Shown here: positions 54,701 through 64,000 of the stretch, piece after piece
Layout of the letters: the number at the start of each line of letters is the position of its first letter
Position numbering within the stretch: the stretch's first letter is position 1
NCBI GenBank assembly: GCA_963668025.2
Contig: CAXXTH010000010.1
Span: 608,001 to 672,000, forward strand
Source of the DNA: Candidatus Hydrogenedentota bacterium
Lineage (GTDB): Bacteria > Hydrogenedentota > Hydrogenedentia > Hydrogenedentales > SLHB01
Length of the DNA: 64,000 nucleotides
Reading direction: 5' to 3'
Translations under genes and position numbers: made by a program
Notes under the pieces: model-generated
What the model was told of the DNA's origin: nothing
The model's input: only the letters and a program-made list of their open reading frames with translations
The model's database searches: none

Positions 54701-54996
54701 GTTCGTTTAACCTCCTTATAGGTTTAGCCAATCATCTCCCGCCAGACGGGCGGGAAGCCACGTATCCTATCAAAAATGCCCCGCCCGCCTCAACCTTTTA
54801 ACGGAATGCAAAATAATCCCGGGGCGCAACGGTATACTCCGAATCGATACTGGCCATTTATTTGATTTTTGTATATGCCGAATCATGCCGGTAATGTAAG
54901 CGTGTCCCGAAGGGACAACCCATCATACCCAGGGCCGGCCGCCGCCCGAAGGGCAAGGGAGCCCATGGGAGCAAGCGGACCCTACCACGCGCCCTG

Positions 54997-55325
54997 AGCG
55001 GTGGGGCAAGCCCCACCTCACAAGATTTTAGTGTGTTTAGCGTATTTAACGGCCTAAAAATGCAGACCTTATGATTGCGGATATGCTGCGCCAGGCTACT
55101 ATATAGCAGACACTGTTTTCTTGCGAAGATTCTAGATTCAAATCCTGTCACATCATATAGTTGCATATCTCGGTTCTTTACATGGCGTTTTGCTTGAGTC
55201 TTACTCATCACATGGGCGAGACGCCCATGCTACGTGAGTAAAACCTCTGGAAAAATTTATTGGCGTTCATTCGCGTCCATTCGCGGTTTAAAACGGGCTG
55301 TTTGGTTGCGGCCATGCCGCGTTAA
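54997..55325. repeat. Cluster of REP-like palindromes
   Basis: Copy of the 11849 module, CATGGGCGAGACGCCCATG palindrome, TTGGTTGCGGCCATGCCGCGTT motif. Confidence 0.65.
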
Positions 55326-55348
55326 GTTCATCAGTGGTTGCATTCCTA

Positions 55349-56926
55349 TCATTTAGCCGTTGGCGGCGAATGATCGGCGTTCTTGCTGGTCATCTCTCCA
55401 GAAAAGCGCACTTCGCCTAAGGGCGCATCTTCCATGTTGGGTGAGCCGGACCAGGACGAATTCTCTTTGGCGACATTGCAGCGGTGGCGAATAAACTCGA
55501 TACGCCATGTTTCACCTTCGCGGGGTGCGCGGATGAGATCGGGGAATGGAATGGCCAGCTCCGCCGCCCATCCAGTGGGATAATCTTTCACGGCGGCGCG
55601 CCAAGAGCTGTCCCAAGACGCATCGCCATTCATGCTGTCGAATTGGCTGCCGCGCGCATTGAGCACGAAGCGATACAGGGGCCCTTGGGGCGGCGACGCC
55701 AGCACCTCGAAGGATTCTTCCTCCCACAGAGCGGCGTCACGGGGATGCTCTTGCGCCGCCAAGGTATCCATGCGCGGCTCGCGCAGATAGGCGGCGATGT
55801 AGAGTGCGTCCGCATCATGGGCGATGCGGATCGTCGTTTGGGCTTCCGCGAAGGCATCTTCGCCTTGGAGGACAAATCCTTCTGCCTGGGCCTTGCGCGG
55901 CCAGGCAGGCTCCTTGAAGTCGGCGTCCAGTTTTGGCGGGGCGGCTGTATACGCACTTTCCGTGGCGGCGGCGGGCTTCAACGCAAACACGCGCGGATTG
56001 CGCAACACTGCTGATTCCGCGGCCGAGACGGCGGTGATGCGTAAAAAACGGGCGTCCACGGGTTTGCTGGGAAGGACGGGGCCTTGGACTCCGCCGGGCT
56101 GTGCAGAAGTCCACTGTTGGATTAGCGCATATTGCTGGCCGTCTTTGCTCGATTCCAGGCGTACTTCCGTCGAGCCCGCCGTGTCGAAGTCGGCGCGGCA
56201 TATGGGCCCTGGCGGTGACAAGAAATCGAACACCGCCCGCGCTTCATGCTCGATATCCGTGAATTCGGGCTTGCCTCGAAATTCGAGGACGCGGCAGCCC
56301 GGCGGGATATTCAAAGGGCGGTAGGGCAGGATGAAACTGCGGAACAGCACTGTTGAAGGTGCGAACAGGTTTCTCGAGCGAATGGTCTCGATGATGTCCT
56401 TGCGGCGCGCATCATCGAAATCCGGGTCCAGCTTCGCCTGCGCTTCTACGATATCCACGAGGCGGCCCGTATCAAATGTGTCCGTGGCCTGGGCGCGCTC
56501 CATTTCGAGAAGCTGCCAGCGCACCATGTTCTCATATAAATCCACTACCGGGCGAATGGCCTCTTTGCCATACCGTTTCTCGATTGCATCCGCCTGGCTC
56601 TTCACTCGCTGGAGGGCTTCACGAGGCTCGATATTGCGCAAGGTTTGGCGGTTGGCATATGCGGTCAGCGCGGCAAGCACGTCGCTGTAATCGGGCTGTT
56701 CCAGCCGCGCCCCGAAACAGGCGTTCAGCCCGCCAGGCCACGGGTCCGTGGAATTGCCGCGCGGTTCTTTGGTTGTTTTTTCTGTTTTTAGGCTGGGCGC
56801 GGAAACCGCTGGCGCGGTTTTGTTCGGGGAGAAGACGCCTTTATTGCCTGAAGGCCCGGCTGCCGCCTGAGTGGCGCATAATGCAATGAGGGCGGCGCAA
56901 GCAGTGGCGGGACAGAGCCATTTCAT
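55349..56926 (-). CDS. Secreted protein with C-terminal CBM9-like sugar-binding domain
   Basis: PPKLD..F.E.AW, D..ALYIA, LWEEESFE, GWAAELAIP. Confidence 0.75.
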   Translation of the reverse strand: MKWLCPATACAALIALCATQAAAGPSGNKGVFSPNKTAPAVSAPSLKTEKTTKEPRGNSTDPWPGGLNACFGARLEQPDYSDVLAALTAYANRQTLRNIEPREALQRVKSQADAIEKRYGKEAIRPVVDLYENMVRWQLLEMERAQATDTFDTGRLVDIVEAQAKLDPDFDDARRKDIIETIRSRNLFAPSTVLFRSFILPYRPLNIPPGCRVLEFRGKPEFTDIEHEARAVFDFLSPPGPICRADFDTAGSTEVRLESSKDGQQYALIQQWTSAQPGGVQGPVLPSKPVDARFLRITAVSAAESAVLRNPRVFALKPAAATESAYTAAPPKLDADFKEPAWPRKAQAEGFVLQGEDAFAEAQTTIRIAHDADALYIAAYLREPRMDTLAAQEHPRDAALWEEESFEVLASPPQGPLYRFVLNARGSQFDSMNGDASWDSSWRAAVKDYPTGWAAELAIPFPDLIRAPREGETWRIEFIRHRCNVAKENSSWSGSPNMEDAPLGEVRFSGEMTSKNADHSPPTAK

Positions 56927-58152
56927 GAATGCTTTTCCTTCTTCTTGGCAATGGGCTTCTTTTTCCCCGGTTCAGGAGGCGCGGGCGGTTCGGGAGGTTT
57001 CGGGCTTGCAGGCTCGGCGGCTTCGATGCCATACGGGCGCACGATAATGCGGCGCAGAACGCCTTCTCCGGCGGCGGGTGTTTGGATGCTGAGGGTCTTG
57101 CCCCAAGGAGCGCCGCCCACCAGCCGGGGCTTCTGTTCCTCTTCCGGCGCATCGGGGTTGGGCTTCCATGGGGCCGCTCCCGTGCAAATCGCATCGAGGG
57201 GATCGTCAATAAACAGCGTCAATTGCTCGCGCATGGGCATGAGGGCGGCGGGGCGCGCCCCGAAGCCGATGCTCCACCGCGCGCCGATCAGGGCGCGCCG
57301 TTCTTCATGGATGCGCCCACTATCCGGCCCTAGGCTGGCTTCCGTGAAGGTGGAGATATATCCGTCTTGGCCATACGTGAAAGCATACACGGGTTCGCCA
57401 AAATAGGCGGAATACGCCGCCTGGCCATCCGCGCCCGGCGACAGATATGCCGGCAATGGGCATGCTTCAATCAAGGCGTATACACGTTGAAATTCTTCTT
57501 CCGAGCCATGGGCCGTCAGGGGGCCTGTTACTAAAACAAACGCCGGGGCGGGCGGCGGCTCGGGAGGCGCTTGCTCCGTTTCCGTCTCAGGCGCGGCGGC
57601 GGCTTTCTCTTGCGGTGCGGGATTGAGCGCAGGCTTGGGCGCGTGCGCTTCGGGCTTGGGCGGCTCCGGCAGGGGCGCGCAGGCTTCTTCGAGCAGCGCC
57701 GCGAACACGGCGTCCGGCGTTTCCCCGATGCGCGGCCCTGCGATATGAATCACGGCATACGAGTCCGGAAACGATGCAACTACGAAAACAGCCTTGTTTA
57801 AGCGTATGCCGCCCGGTTCCACGTCCATCACAAGGGAGTACGCACCTGGTGTCGCTTGCGCGGGAATATGGCACAGCGCCACGGCATGAACGCCTTTCGT
57901 GGTCCATTCCACTTCGAGCGGGAGCGGCGAGGTTCCTTCTGGCCCTTCCAGTCGCAATGCGGGCTGCCCGCTGGCCGCATCTGGCTGGGCCTGCACCTCG
58001 AATGCGCCGCCGGGCAATACGATGGCGGGCATGCCCACATGCGGTGATTGGATTTGCGCCAAATGGCTGGGCTGGCCTTGCACCGCCGTGCTAACCGCCG
58101 TTAATAGAAAAATCGCGAGCCACCGCGTCATGGCTTGCTCCTTGGACGCCAT
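56923..58152 (-). CDS. Secreted metallophosphoesterase-fold-like protein (degenerate)
   Basis: VIHIAG, FVLVTGPLT, YLSPG, YAFTYG pattern. Confidence 0.5.
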   Translation of the reverse strand: MASKEQAMTRWLAIFLLTAVSTAVQGQPSHLAQIQSPHVGMPAIVLPGGAFEVQAQPDAASGQPALRLEGPEGTSPLPLEVEWTTKGVHAVALCHIPAQATPGAYSLVMDVEPGGIRLNKAVFVVASFPDSYAVIHIAGPRIGETPDAVFAALLEEACAPLPEPPKPEAHAPKPALNPAPQEKAAAAPETETEQAPPEPPPAPAFVLVTGPLTAHGSEEEFQRVYALIEACPLPAYLSPGADGQAAYSAYFGEPVYAFTYGQDGYISTFTEASLGPDSGRIHEERRALIGARWSIGFGARPAALMPMREQLTLFIDDPLDAICTGAAPWKPNPDAPEEEQKPRLVGGAPWGKTLSIQTPAAGEGVLRRIIVRPYGIEAAEPASPKPPEPPAPPEPGKKKPIAKKKEKHS

Positions 58153-59273
58153 GCCGGGGCGTATACAGGCCCGCTGGCGTCGAGTAATCTGCGCGGCTCT
58201 TGGCCATTCGAGTGGGATACATACACGGCGGATGCGCCGTTTTCATCGCTGGCGTAGGCCATCCATGCGCCATCGGGCGACCAAGACGGCCCCCAGCAGT
58301 CGCTATCCGCATGAACCGCGATAGGATAAGCCAGCGCCGTATCGGTATTCACCCGATAAATGCCCCGGCGGCCCGAACGGAACGATTCGAACGCCAGCCA
58401 GTCTCCCTTGGGCGACCACACGGGATTCCAGTCTCCTGCGTGATGATTCGACACATCTAGCGCACCCTTGTACGACAACACGAAGAGCTCCCGGTCGCCA
58501 CCGTCATTAGACTCGAACGCCACTTTGCTCCCGCCGGGATGCATCGCCGGATTCCACTCCGCATAACTGCCCACGGAAGGCATCACCTTCGATGGCAGCG
58601 GCAAAGCGTGTTCCGGCGTCACCACGAAGATATCCGTGCTCAAGCCTCCTGCCGAGTCCATGCGAAGCCCAATGGCGAGCAGCGTATTGGCGGGATTGGG
58701 ATGTATTGCCGCCCACGCTTGGGCTTCGGGGCCGCCCATCGTTTCGAGCTGGTCCTGCAATGCGGCAATGAGAAGCGACTCCTCGCCTAGCCATACGGGC
58801 CGCATCAGCCCTTTTTGCCCCCCGCCCCATACGGCCTCTTGGTTTGTATCCATATCCCAGACATGGATGGTAGAGGCCTGCGGCTCGCCATCGTGGGCGG
58901 AATAGGCGATGCGCGGATGGTATTCCCGCCCCTTTTCCTCCGGGAGTGACGACCACGCCGGGTCTTGGCTCCAAGGCGTCTGGGCGGGCAGCATGCGCCC
59001 TCCGGTGTTATCCGGGCGGACGGCATAAATGCCCGATTGGCCATTCGAGCCGCATTCGAAGGCTATCCACGCCCCATCGGGCGACCACACGGGCGGGCCA
59101 ATGGAGTCGCTGGGCGCGCCCATATAGGCCACCTGCAGATCCGCCAGTGAAACGACGCCAGCTTGCCGCCCCTCGATGCCGCGCTCGAAGACGCACGCAA
59201 TATGCCCTTCAGGCTCCGAAGCGCACAAAGACGCTATGATCAAAAAAATCGTTTGAGACAACATGGCGGGCAT
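58128..59273 (-). CDS. TolB-like PD40 beta-propeller protein
   Basis: Repeated P.WSPDG..IAF motifs. Confidence 0.85.
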   Translation of the reverse strand: MPAMLSQTIFLIIASLCASEPEGHIACVFERGIEGRQAGVVSLADLQVAYMGAPSDSIGPPVWSPDGAWIAFECGSNGQSGIYAVRPDNTGGRMLPAQTPWSQDPAWSSLPEEKGREYHPRIAYSAHDGEPQASTIHVWDMDTNQEAVWGGGQKGLMRPVWLGEESLLIAALQDQLETMGGPEAQAWAAIHPNPANTLLAIGLRMDSAGGLSTDIFVVTPEHALPLPSKVMPSVGSYAEWNPAMHPGGSKVAFESNDGGDRELFVLSYKGALDVSNHHAGDWNPVWSPKGDWLAFESFRSGRRGIYRVNTDTALAYPIAVHADSDCWGPSWSPDGAWMAYASDENGASAVYVSHSNGQEPRRLLDASGPVYAPAWRPRSKP

Positions 59274-59382
59274 TCTACCAGAGCCAGGCGGTGGACTTCA
59301 CGGAGAAGAGGAAGATACATTGGGAAGTTGTTCAGACGAATAGGATCTTTTACACTAGCAATGGATGGCAGGAGGATGAATT

Positions 59383-60477
59383 GTGGATACGCCAAAGCCG
59401 AAACGGCTAAGATTGCAACGTCTAGAGATTCAAAACATAAAAGTTTTGGATTCTTTTGAGATCGATCTACCAGCTCCCAGCATGGCAAACGAGCCAGATG
59501 TATTTGTCTTCGGAAGCAAGAACGGATTTGGGAAAACGTCTTTTCTTGAATCATGTGGATTGTTGCTTCTCTTGGGGATGTATGAGAAAGGAAGGTATGA
59601 GTTTAAAGAATATAGTGATAGGCATGTAGATTTGATAGATATCCTTGTACGGTCCGGAGAAAAAGTAGCGCAGATTAATGGGAGAATTGACATAAATCTA
59701 CAATGTATTGATATTGCTATTTCTTTAGACAGATCAGGTAAAGTGAAAATAAGCGGCGATAGCAGAATTCTTCAAGAGATATATAAGCCACCTGGAGTAT
59801 ATTCAAACGAGATTCTAAATCAATTCCTTTTTTCTTTGTTTGGATTTGACGGGGAACCGCTTATTTTGCCGGGCTTGGTTTTTTTGCATAGTTATCGCAA
59901 AATCCAGGAAGGGAACCCAGAACTAGGGATTATGGTTTCCGCCGAACGCCAATATGAAAGATCTATTCGGTTTTTTCCGAAAAAATGGGAATCTTCGGTT
60001 AATAGATTTAAACTTGAAGTTCTCCGTTTCATGATGGCCAAAGCGAATTTATTTGAAAATAACGAGCATGATCAATCACAGGATGAATTGCAGCAGCTAA
60101 ACGAACTCGTACGTCGCTATACAGGTGGCACGATTGAAAAGTTACGTCCTTCTCCGGACAACACATTAGGTTTAAGGGTTACGCCAACAAATGGTGGCCC
60201 CTCATTTGCGTTTGATGGCCTTAGCTCCGGTCAGAAAGAAATCATTTCGACGTTGTTTCTTATCTGGTTTTCCTCAAAGAACCAGCCATGTATTGTGTTG
60301 ATCGATGAACCGGAATTACATTTGAATGCGGAATGGCAGCGAGATTTCGTGCGCCAGCTTCATCAATTAGCCCCATGGAACCAGTATATCATCGCGACGC
60401 ATTCACAAGATATTTTTGAATCCGTTCCACAGGAGCGGCGCTTCTTGCTCGTTGCTGGCAAGGATGGCAAAGCATGA
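59383..60477 (+). CDS. ABC-type ATPase (AAA_21-like; PARIS AriA-like)
   Basis: GSKNGFGKT, LSSGQKE, VLIDEPELHL, IATHS; AT-rich. Confidence 0.85.
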   Translation: MDTPKPKRLRLQRLEIQNIKVLDSFEIDLPAPSMANEPDVFVFGSKNGFGKTSFLESCGLLLLLGMYEKGRYEFKEYSDRHVDLIDILVRSGEKVAQINGRIDINLQCIDIAISLDRSGKVKISGDSRILQEIYKPPGVYSNEILNQFLFSLFGFDGEPLILPGLVFLHSYRKIQEGNPELGIMVSAERQYERSIRFFPKKWESSVNRFKLEVLRFMMAKANLFENNEHDQSQDELQQLNELVRRYTGGTIEKLRPSPDNTLGLRVTPTNGGPSFAFDGLSSGQKEIISTLFLIWFSSKNQPCIVLIDEPELHLNAEWQRDFVRQLHQLAPWNQYIIATHSQDIFESVPQERRFLLVAGKDGKA

Positions 60478-61364
60478 CCACCATCCAGAGAAATGTCCAA
60501 GGCGAAGATATCCGGCAAAGCGCCAAGCATGTGTTATTTGTTGAAGGGAACGATGATAACGGCCTAGATCCTCTGGTATTATCCGAACTATTGCCTATAG
60601 AGATTTCGGTAAAACCCTTGGGAGCGTCGTATCATATCCGTAGCGCTGCCGAAGCCCTTCATAAGCACCATCCCAGTTATTATTTCTTGATTGATCGCGA
60701 CCACCATGAAGATGATTTCATAAACAATTGCTGGAAGAATTTTCCAGATGAATCGAAATCAAATCTCCTGGTGTGGTTCCGGCGGGAATTAGAAAACTAC
60801 TTTCTCATTCCAGAATATCTTAAGCATTCGAAATATTTAACCGCTACGTCAAAAAAATTGCTCGATTCCATTCGCAAGCACTGCCAGCAGCGGTTATACT
60901 TGGACGTTGCCAACCAAGTCATTGTTTCTCTCCGTGAAGATTTCAAATTGAAATGGATCGATTTTTTTGAGAAGATTAAGGGATTTGAATCAAAGGAACT
61001 CGCTCTCAAGCAACTCAAGGAAAGGCCAGAATTTAAAGCAAAAATAGAAACCACCTCGTCCGCCCTGGATATTTTGGAGGTGGAGCGAAGATTCCATGCT
61101 AAGCTCCATGATTTTACTGAAGGAAACGAAAATCTCGACTACGGCAGTGGCCGTTGGCTGGAGCTGGTCCGAGGAAAGAAAGTATTACCTTCGGTCATAA
61201 AGGAGTGCTTCACAGTTGCAGATGCGCAGGGAACGCCTCTTCAAGCAGGCCGTGAAAGCATTAAGGAAATCGCTAAAGATCTGCTGGGTAAAGGCTTGGA
61301 TAAGCAACCAGATGATTTTCAGCGTCTGTATAAAATTATTTCGGCTAGAATAGCATCATCCTAA
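60474..61364 (+). CDS. TOPRIM-like DUF4435 protein (PARIS AriB-like)
   Basis: LFVEG..D, IDRD, RRELENYFL, RGK; ATGA overlap with ATPase. Confidence 0.72.
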   Translation: MTTIQRNVQGEDIRQSAKHVLFVEGNDDNGLDPLVLSELLPIEISVKPLGASYHIRSAAEALHKHHPSYYFLIDRDHHEDDFINNCWKNFPDESKSNLLVWFRRELENYFLIPEYLKHSKYLTATSKKLLDSIRKHCQQRLYLDVANQVIVSLREDFKLKWIDFFEKIKGFESKELALKQLKERPEFKAKIETTSSALDILEVERRFHAKLHDFTEGNENLDYGSGRWLELVRGKKVLPSVIKECFTVADAQGTPLQAGRESIKEIAKDLLGKGLDKQPDDFQRLYKIISARIASS

Positions 61365-61573
61365 CGCTGAAGCACTCTATTTGCAGCTTATCAGCCCGGG
61401 AGTGTTTTCTAGGTCCAGCGAGAATTGGCCACCGCGTCCAGTGATAAAACTGCCTGTAAAAAATAAAAACTTGCCCTCATACAGAAAAAATTTTAACTAC
61501 AATGTCCTGGATGCCATGAACGTGCAGTTGGAAGCTCTGGCCGGAGCAAGCGTGCATTGGGGCTTTTCGCGCC

Positions 61574-62881
61574 CTATGCCTTGCGGGAAATAGCGTGAAC
61601 CAGCAGCGATTGTTTCCCCTTTTCCTGGAGGGACTCATCGAGAAAAGCAATCTCGTCGTCGTTCACGATGGTGTAGGGGAATTGTTTCACTCCCTTTTTA
61701 TCCAACAAGAAGACAAAAGACTTTTCGAAAGCAGCCTTACCAGCGGCGACTACTTGGCACCCAAGTGAGACATTCTCCTTGAGCGGCGTTTCACTCGTAA
61801 TGGCCTGCTTCGCATACGCCGAGTGTATGTTTGCGCCGGTAATCTGGTAGTTCCCTTTCATCTCGGCGCGCGTGCCCTCCGCGCTTCCCGTTTTCAAGCG
61901 ATATCCGGGGTCTTTTCCACGATGAAGGCCCCGCACGTAGGTGACTTGCTTTGAGTCTAGCCGCCCGACACCCTGCTTCGTGCTGCTGGATTCTGTCGTC
62001 ATGCGGTATTCATACACTTCGAATCCGCCATTCGCGTCCTCTATAATAACGAACATCGTGTCGTCATATCGTTGATTGGTGTTGTTTTGCAGGCCTTCTG
62101 TCCAGTCCAGGCCGCGAACGGCGATAGCGTTGGCCGCGCAGCCTGAGCCGTTCGCCTCCACCCATGCACCACCTTTTAGCGTCACGATGAGTTTTGCCTC
62201 CATGGCAATGGCGCTTGCCTCCTTGCCCTCATATGAACGCACAAATCCTTGTGACTCTACTGGAACGATGGGGGACGGCACATCGGTGTACAGGGCAAGG
62301 GTGAGATCTTCCTCACAGACGAGTGCGTGCATCTTGGCGCGATTCGACGGCAACACAAGTTGGCGGAGTTCACGGGTTTCCACGGGGACAGCAACTTCCA
62401 CCATGTTTCCTTCTTCATCGACCGCCTCCAGCGGAATAGACTCCGTCTGTAGGGATGCCATCACGCCGAAATCTTGTTCGATTCGCGCCATGAGATCCGC
62501 ATGAATCCGTTGGCGCAGTTGATTGACAAGCTCCAAGCCGCGCTGCACAAGATCCTCTCCAGACTTCGGAGGCCCTTCGTTGCGGTCCGATTGTTTGCCC
62601 GGTTGTCCTGTCTTAGATTGCCCTTGGCACTCCCGTAGGTACTCGTCCAGATAGGCTTGGATTCCCTGCTGGAGTTCGTCCACGCTCATATCGGCCCGCA
62701 ATGGGGTTGTTTTGTCCTGTTTCTTGTCCGGGATACTCGCCTTCTTGGGTGGCGTGCTTGCGCAGTGGGCTGTCGTGAGCGCCAACACAAGGACAAAAGC
62801 CAGATTACGTATTCGCCGCATGCTCCACATGTTCTCGCCCTCATCAAGCGGCAGGCCCAATCGCCCACCGGGATTTTCCAT
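61574..62881 (-). CDS. Putative lipoprotein with L,D-transpeptidase-like C-terminal domain
   Basis: Signal ending TAHC; GANIH...SLGCQV His/Cys motif; likely start at MWSMRR. Confidence 0.55.
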   Translation of the reverse strand: MENPGGRLGLPLDEGENMWSMRRIRNLAFVLVLALTTAHCASTPPKKASIPDKKQDKTTPLRADMSVDELQQGIQAYLDEYLRECQGQSKTGQPGKQSDRNEGPPKSGEDLVQRGLELVNQLRQRIHADLMARIEQDFGVMASLQTESIPLEAVDEEGNMVEVAVPVETRELRQLVLPSNRAKMHALVCEEDLTLALYTDVPSPIVPVESQGFVRSYEGKEASAIAMEAKLIVTLKGGAWVEANGSGCAANAIAVRGLDWTEGLQNNTNQRYDDTMFVIIEDANGGFEVYEYRMTTESSSTKQGVGRLDSKQVTYVRGLHRGKDPGYRLKTGSAEGTRAEMKGNYQITGANIHSAYAKQAITSETPLKENVSLGCQVVAAGKAAFEKSFVFLLDKKGVKQFPYTIVNDDEIAFLDESLQEKGKQSLLVHAISRKA

Positions 62882-63462
62882 ATGGTCAAGCCTGAAAAAC
62901 CTGGCAATGCGCTTAGATAACTCCTATGAGTATTGGGAAACAGTCTTCAACTCCCGTTTCAATTTGTTTCGCCCTTCAAGCGAGTGTTTCACAAGCATGA
63001 AGAGTCTATCAATTCGATGCGCTCTTGAAGAGAGGTGGGGCGTCAACGGTTCACCCCAGACAACAGCGCATCTTCTTGATGACACCCGCCGGGCAATCCT
63101 TTGGCCGGTTGCCCGCCAGCAAAAACAGCCTCCGTTTCACCGGGCAATGCCAGTTTAGCACAGCTTTGGTTGTTTCGAGGCGTGTGTTTTTTTCTTGGGG
63201 CTTTCGGCAAAAAAGTAACGAGATGCCTCCGAATGATGTTTCTCGCCCGAAAGGCGCATATAAAGCCTGGCGTGGGTATTGCCCACCACCCAATGGAATG
63301 CCATGAATCTGGCGGTTTTCGCACCCGTTAAACCATTGCAAAAAAAGTCACTTGCGTTCGTAGGCGAAAAACTTCTTGTTTATTCTTACAGAAGCTGGAG
63401 CGTAAGGTGCTGACTCAAGGATTTAGAACGTCTATGGCACGCTTCCGGCGGCGTATGTGCGC

Positions 63463-64000
63463 TTATAGATGGGCTGGCCTATTCGCGTGTGCGCGAATCG
63501 CCGGGGTGAGGAATGCCATGCAGACAAATCCGGCGACACTCAGTAGTCCTATGCATGCGAGAATAGGTATCATGAATGAGCCCCGGGCATCATAAGCGTA
63601 TGCGGCAACGACGGGGGCGAAAGAGGCGGGAATGTTGCTAGACATCATCCATCCATACAGGTGGCCGACCCGGCGGGCGCCCCAGATTCTGGATACGGAA
63701 GCGGCAAAGAGCACGAGCACGCCGCCGTAATTCGCTCCCGCCAAAAACGCAAAACAGAGGAATCCGGCCATGGAGCGGGATAACATGAAAAAGAGAGACA
63801 ATACAAAGGCTTGAGCGAGCAGATTAACGTGAATAAGCCAGCCGCCGTGCGTGCGATCAAACCCAAGCCCCCAGCCTACACGCCCCATCGCATTTCCCAA
63901 GGCGAATAGGGACACCGCCGCCGCTCCGGCCGAGGCGGTCGAACCGGCGACGAGTTGTTTGAGATTCGCATTCACTAGGAAACCGGCGCAAAGCCCCGAG
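63463..64000 (-). CDS. MFS transporter (OFA/MCT-like), partial
   Basis: GNAMGRVGWG..FDR, G.NYGG, AYDARGSF; frame open to right edge. Confidence 0.85.
   Translation of the reverse strand, partial: SGLCAGFLVNANLKQLVAGSTASAGAAAVSLFALGNAMGRVGWGLGFDRTHGGWLIHVNLLAQAFVLSLFFMLSRSMAGFLCFAFLAGANYGGVLVLFAASVSRIWGARRVGHLYGWMMSSNIPASFAPVVAAYAYDARGSFMIPILACIGLLSVAGFVCMAFLTPAIRAHANRPAHL

Noticed and set aside
61358-61415. Possible integron attC after the PARIS-like pair (CCTAAC at the stop codon)
   Set aside because: No matching GTTRRRY box or convincing bottom-strand hairpin; no integron integrase seen
62900-63450. Short overlapping ORFs in an intergenic region
   Set aside because: No coding signal, RBS or recognisable RNA motif

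Overview
Bacterial chromosomal window of moderately high GC. The DUF1559/H-X9-DG prepilin-like protein, TSP3-type repeats with C-terminal anchors and the rpsF-ssb-rpsR-DUF2232-rplI-dnaB order suggest Ca. Hydrogenedentes or a PVC-like lineage (inference only). Left part: a degenerate CheB-PAS protein, signal peptidase I, a type IV minor-pilin cluster, a papain-family protease and several hydrolases. 20-34 kb: a LacI-associated carbohydrate locus (DUF1559 protein, fused SBP-permease, GH63-like and GH2 enzymes). Main signal: a ~15 kb element (35183-50220) integrated at tRNA-Val(TAC) between 48-bp att repeats. It has an integrase, two HTH/excisionase-like genes, a split D5/SF3 helicase followed by an iteron-like origin, a small terminase, an ORF6N-like gene, a 934-aa tape measure protein and an HK97-gp10-like gene, but no recognisable capsid, portal, large terminase, tail tube or lysis genes. 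It is a candidate tail-remodelling phage satellite and carries an IS1380-like insertion. Right part: ribosomal/replication operon (ssb has a homopolymer frameshift), a TolB-like cluster, a low-GC PARIS-like ATPase + TOPRIM pair, an L,D-transpeptidase-like lipoprotein and a partial MFS transporter. All family calls come from motif recognition by eye; no searches were run.
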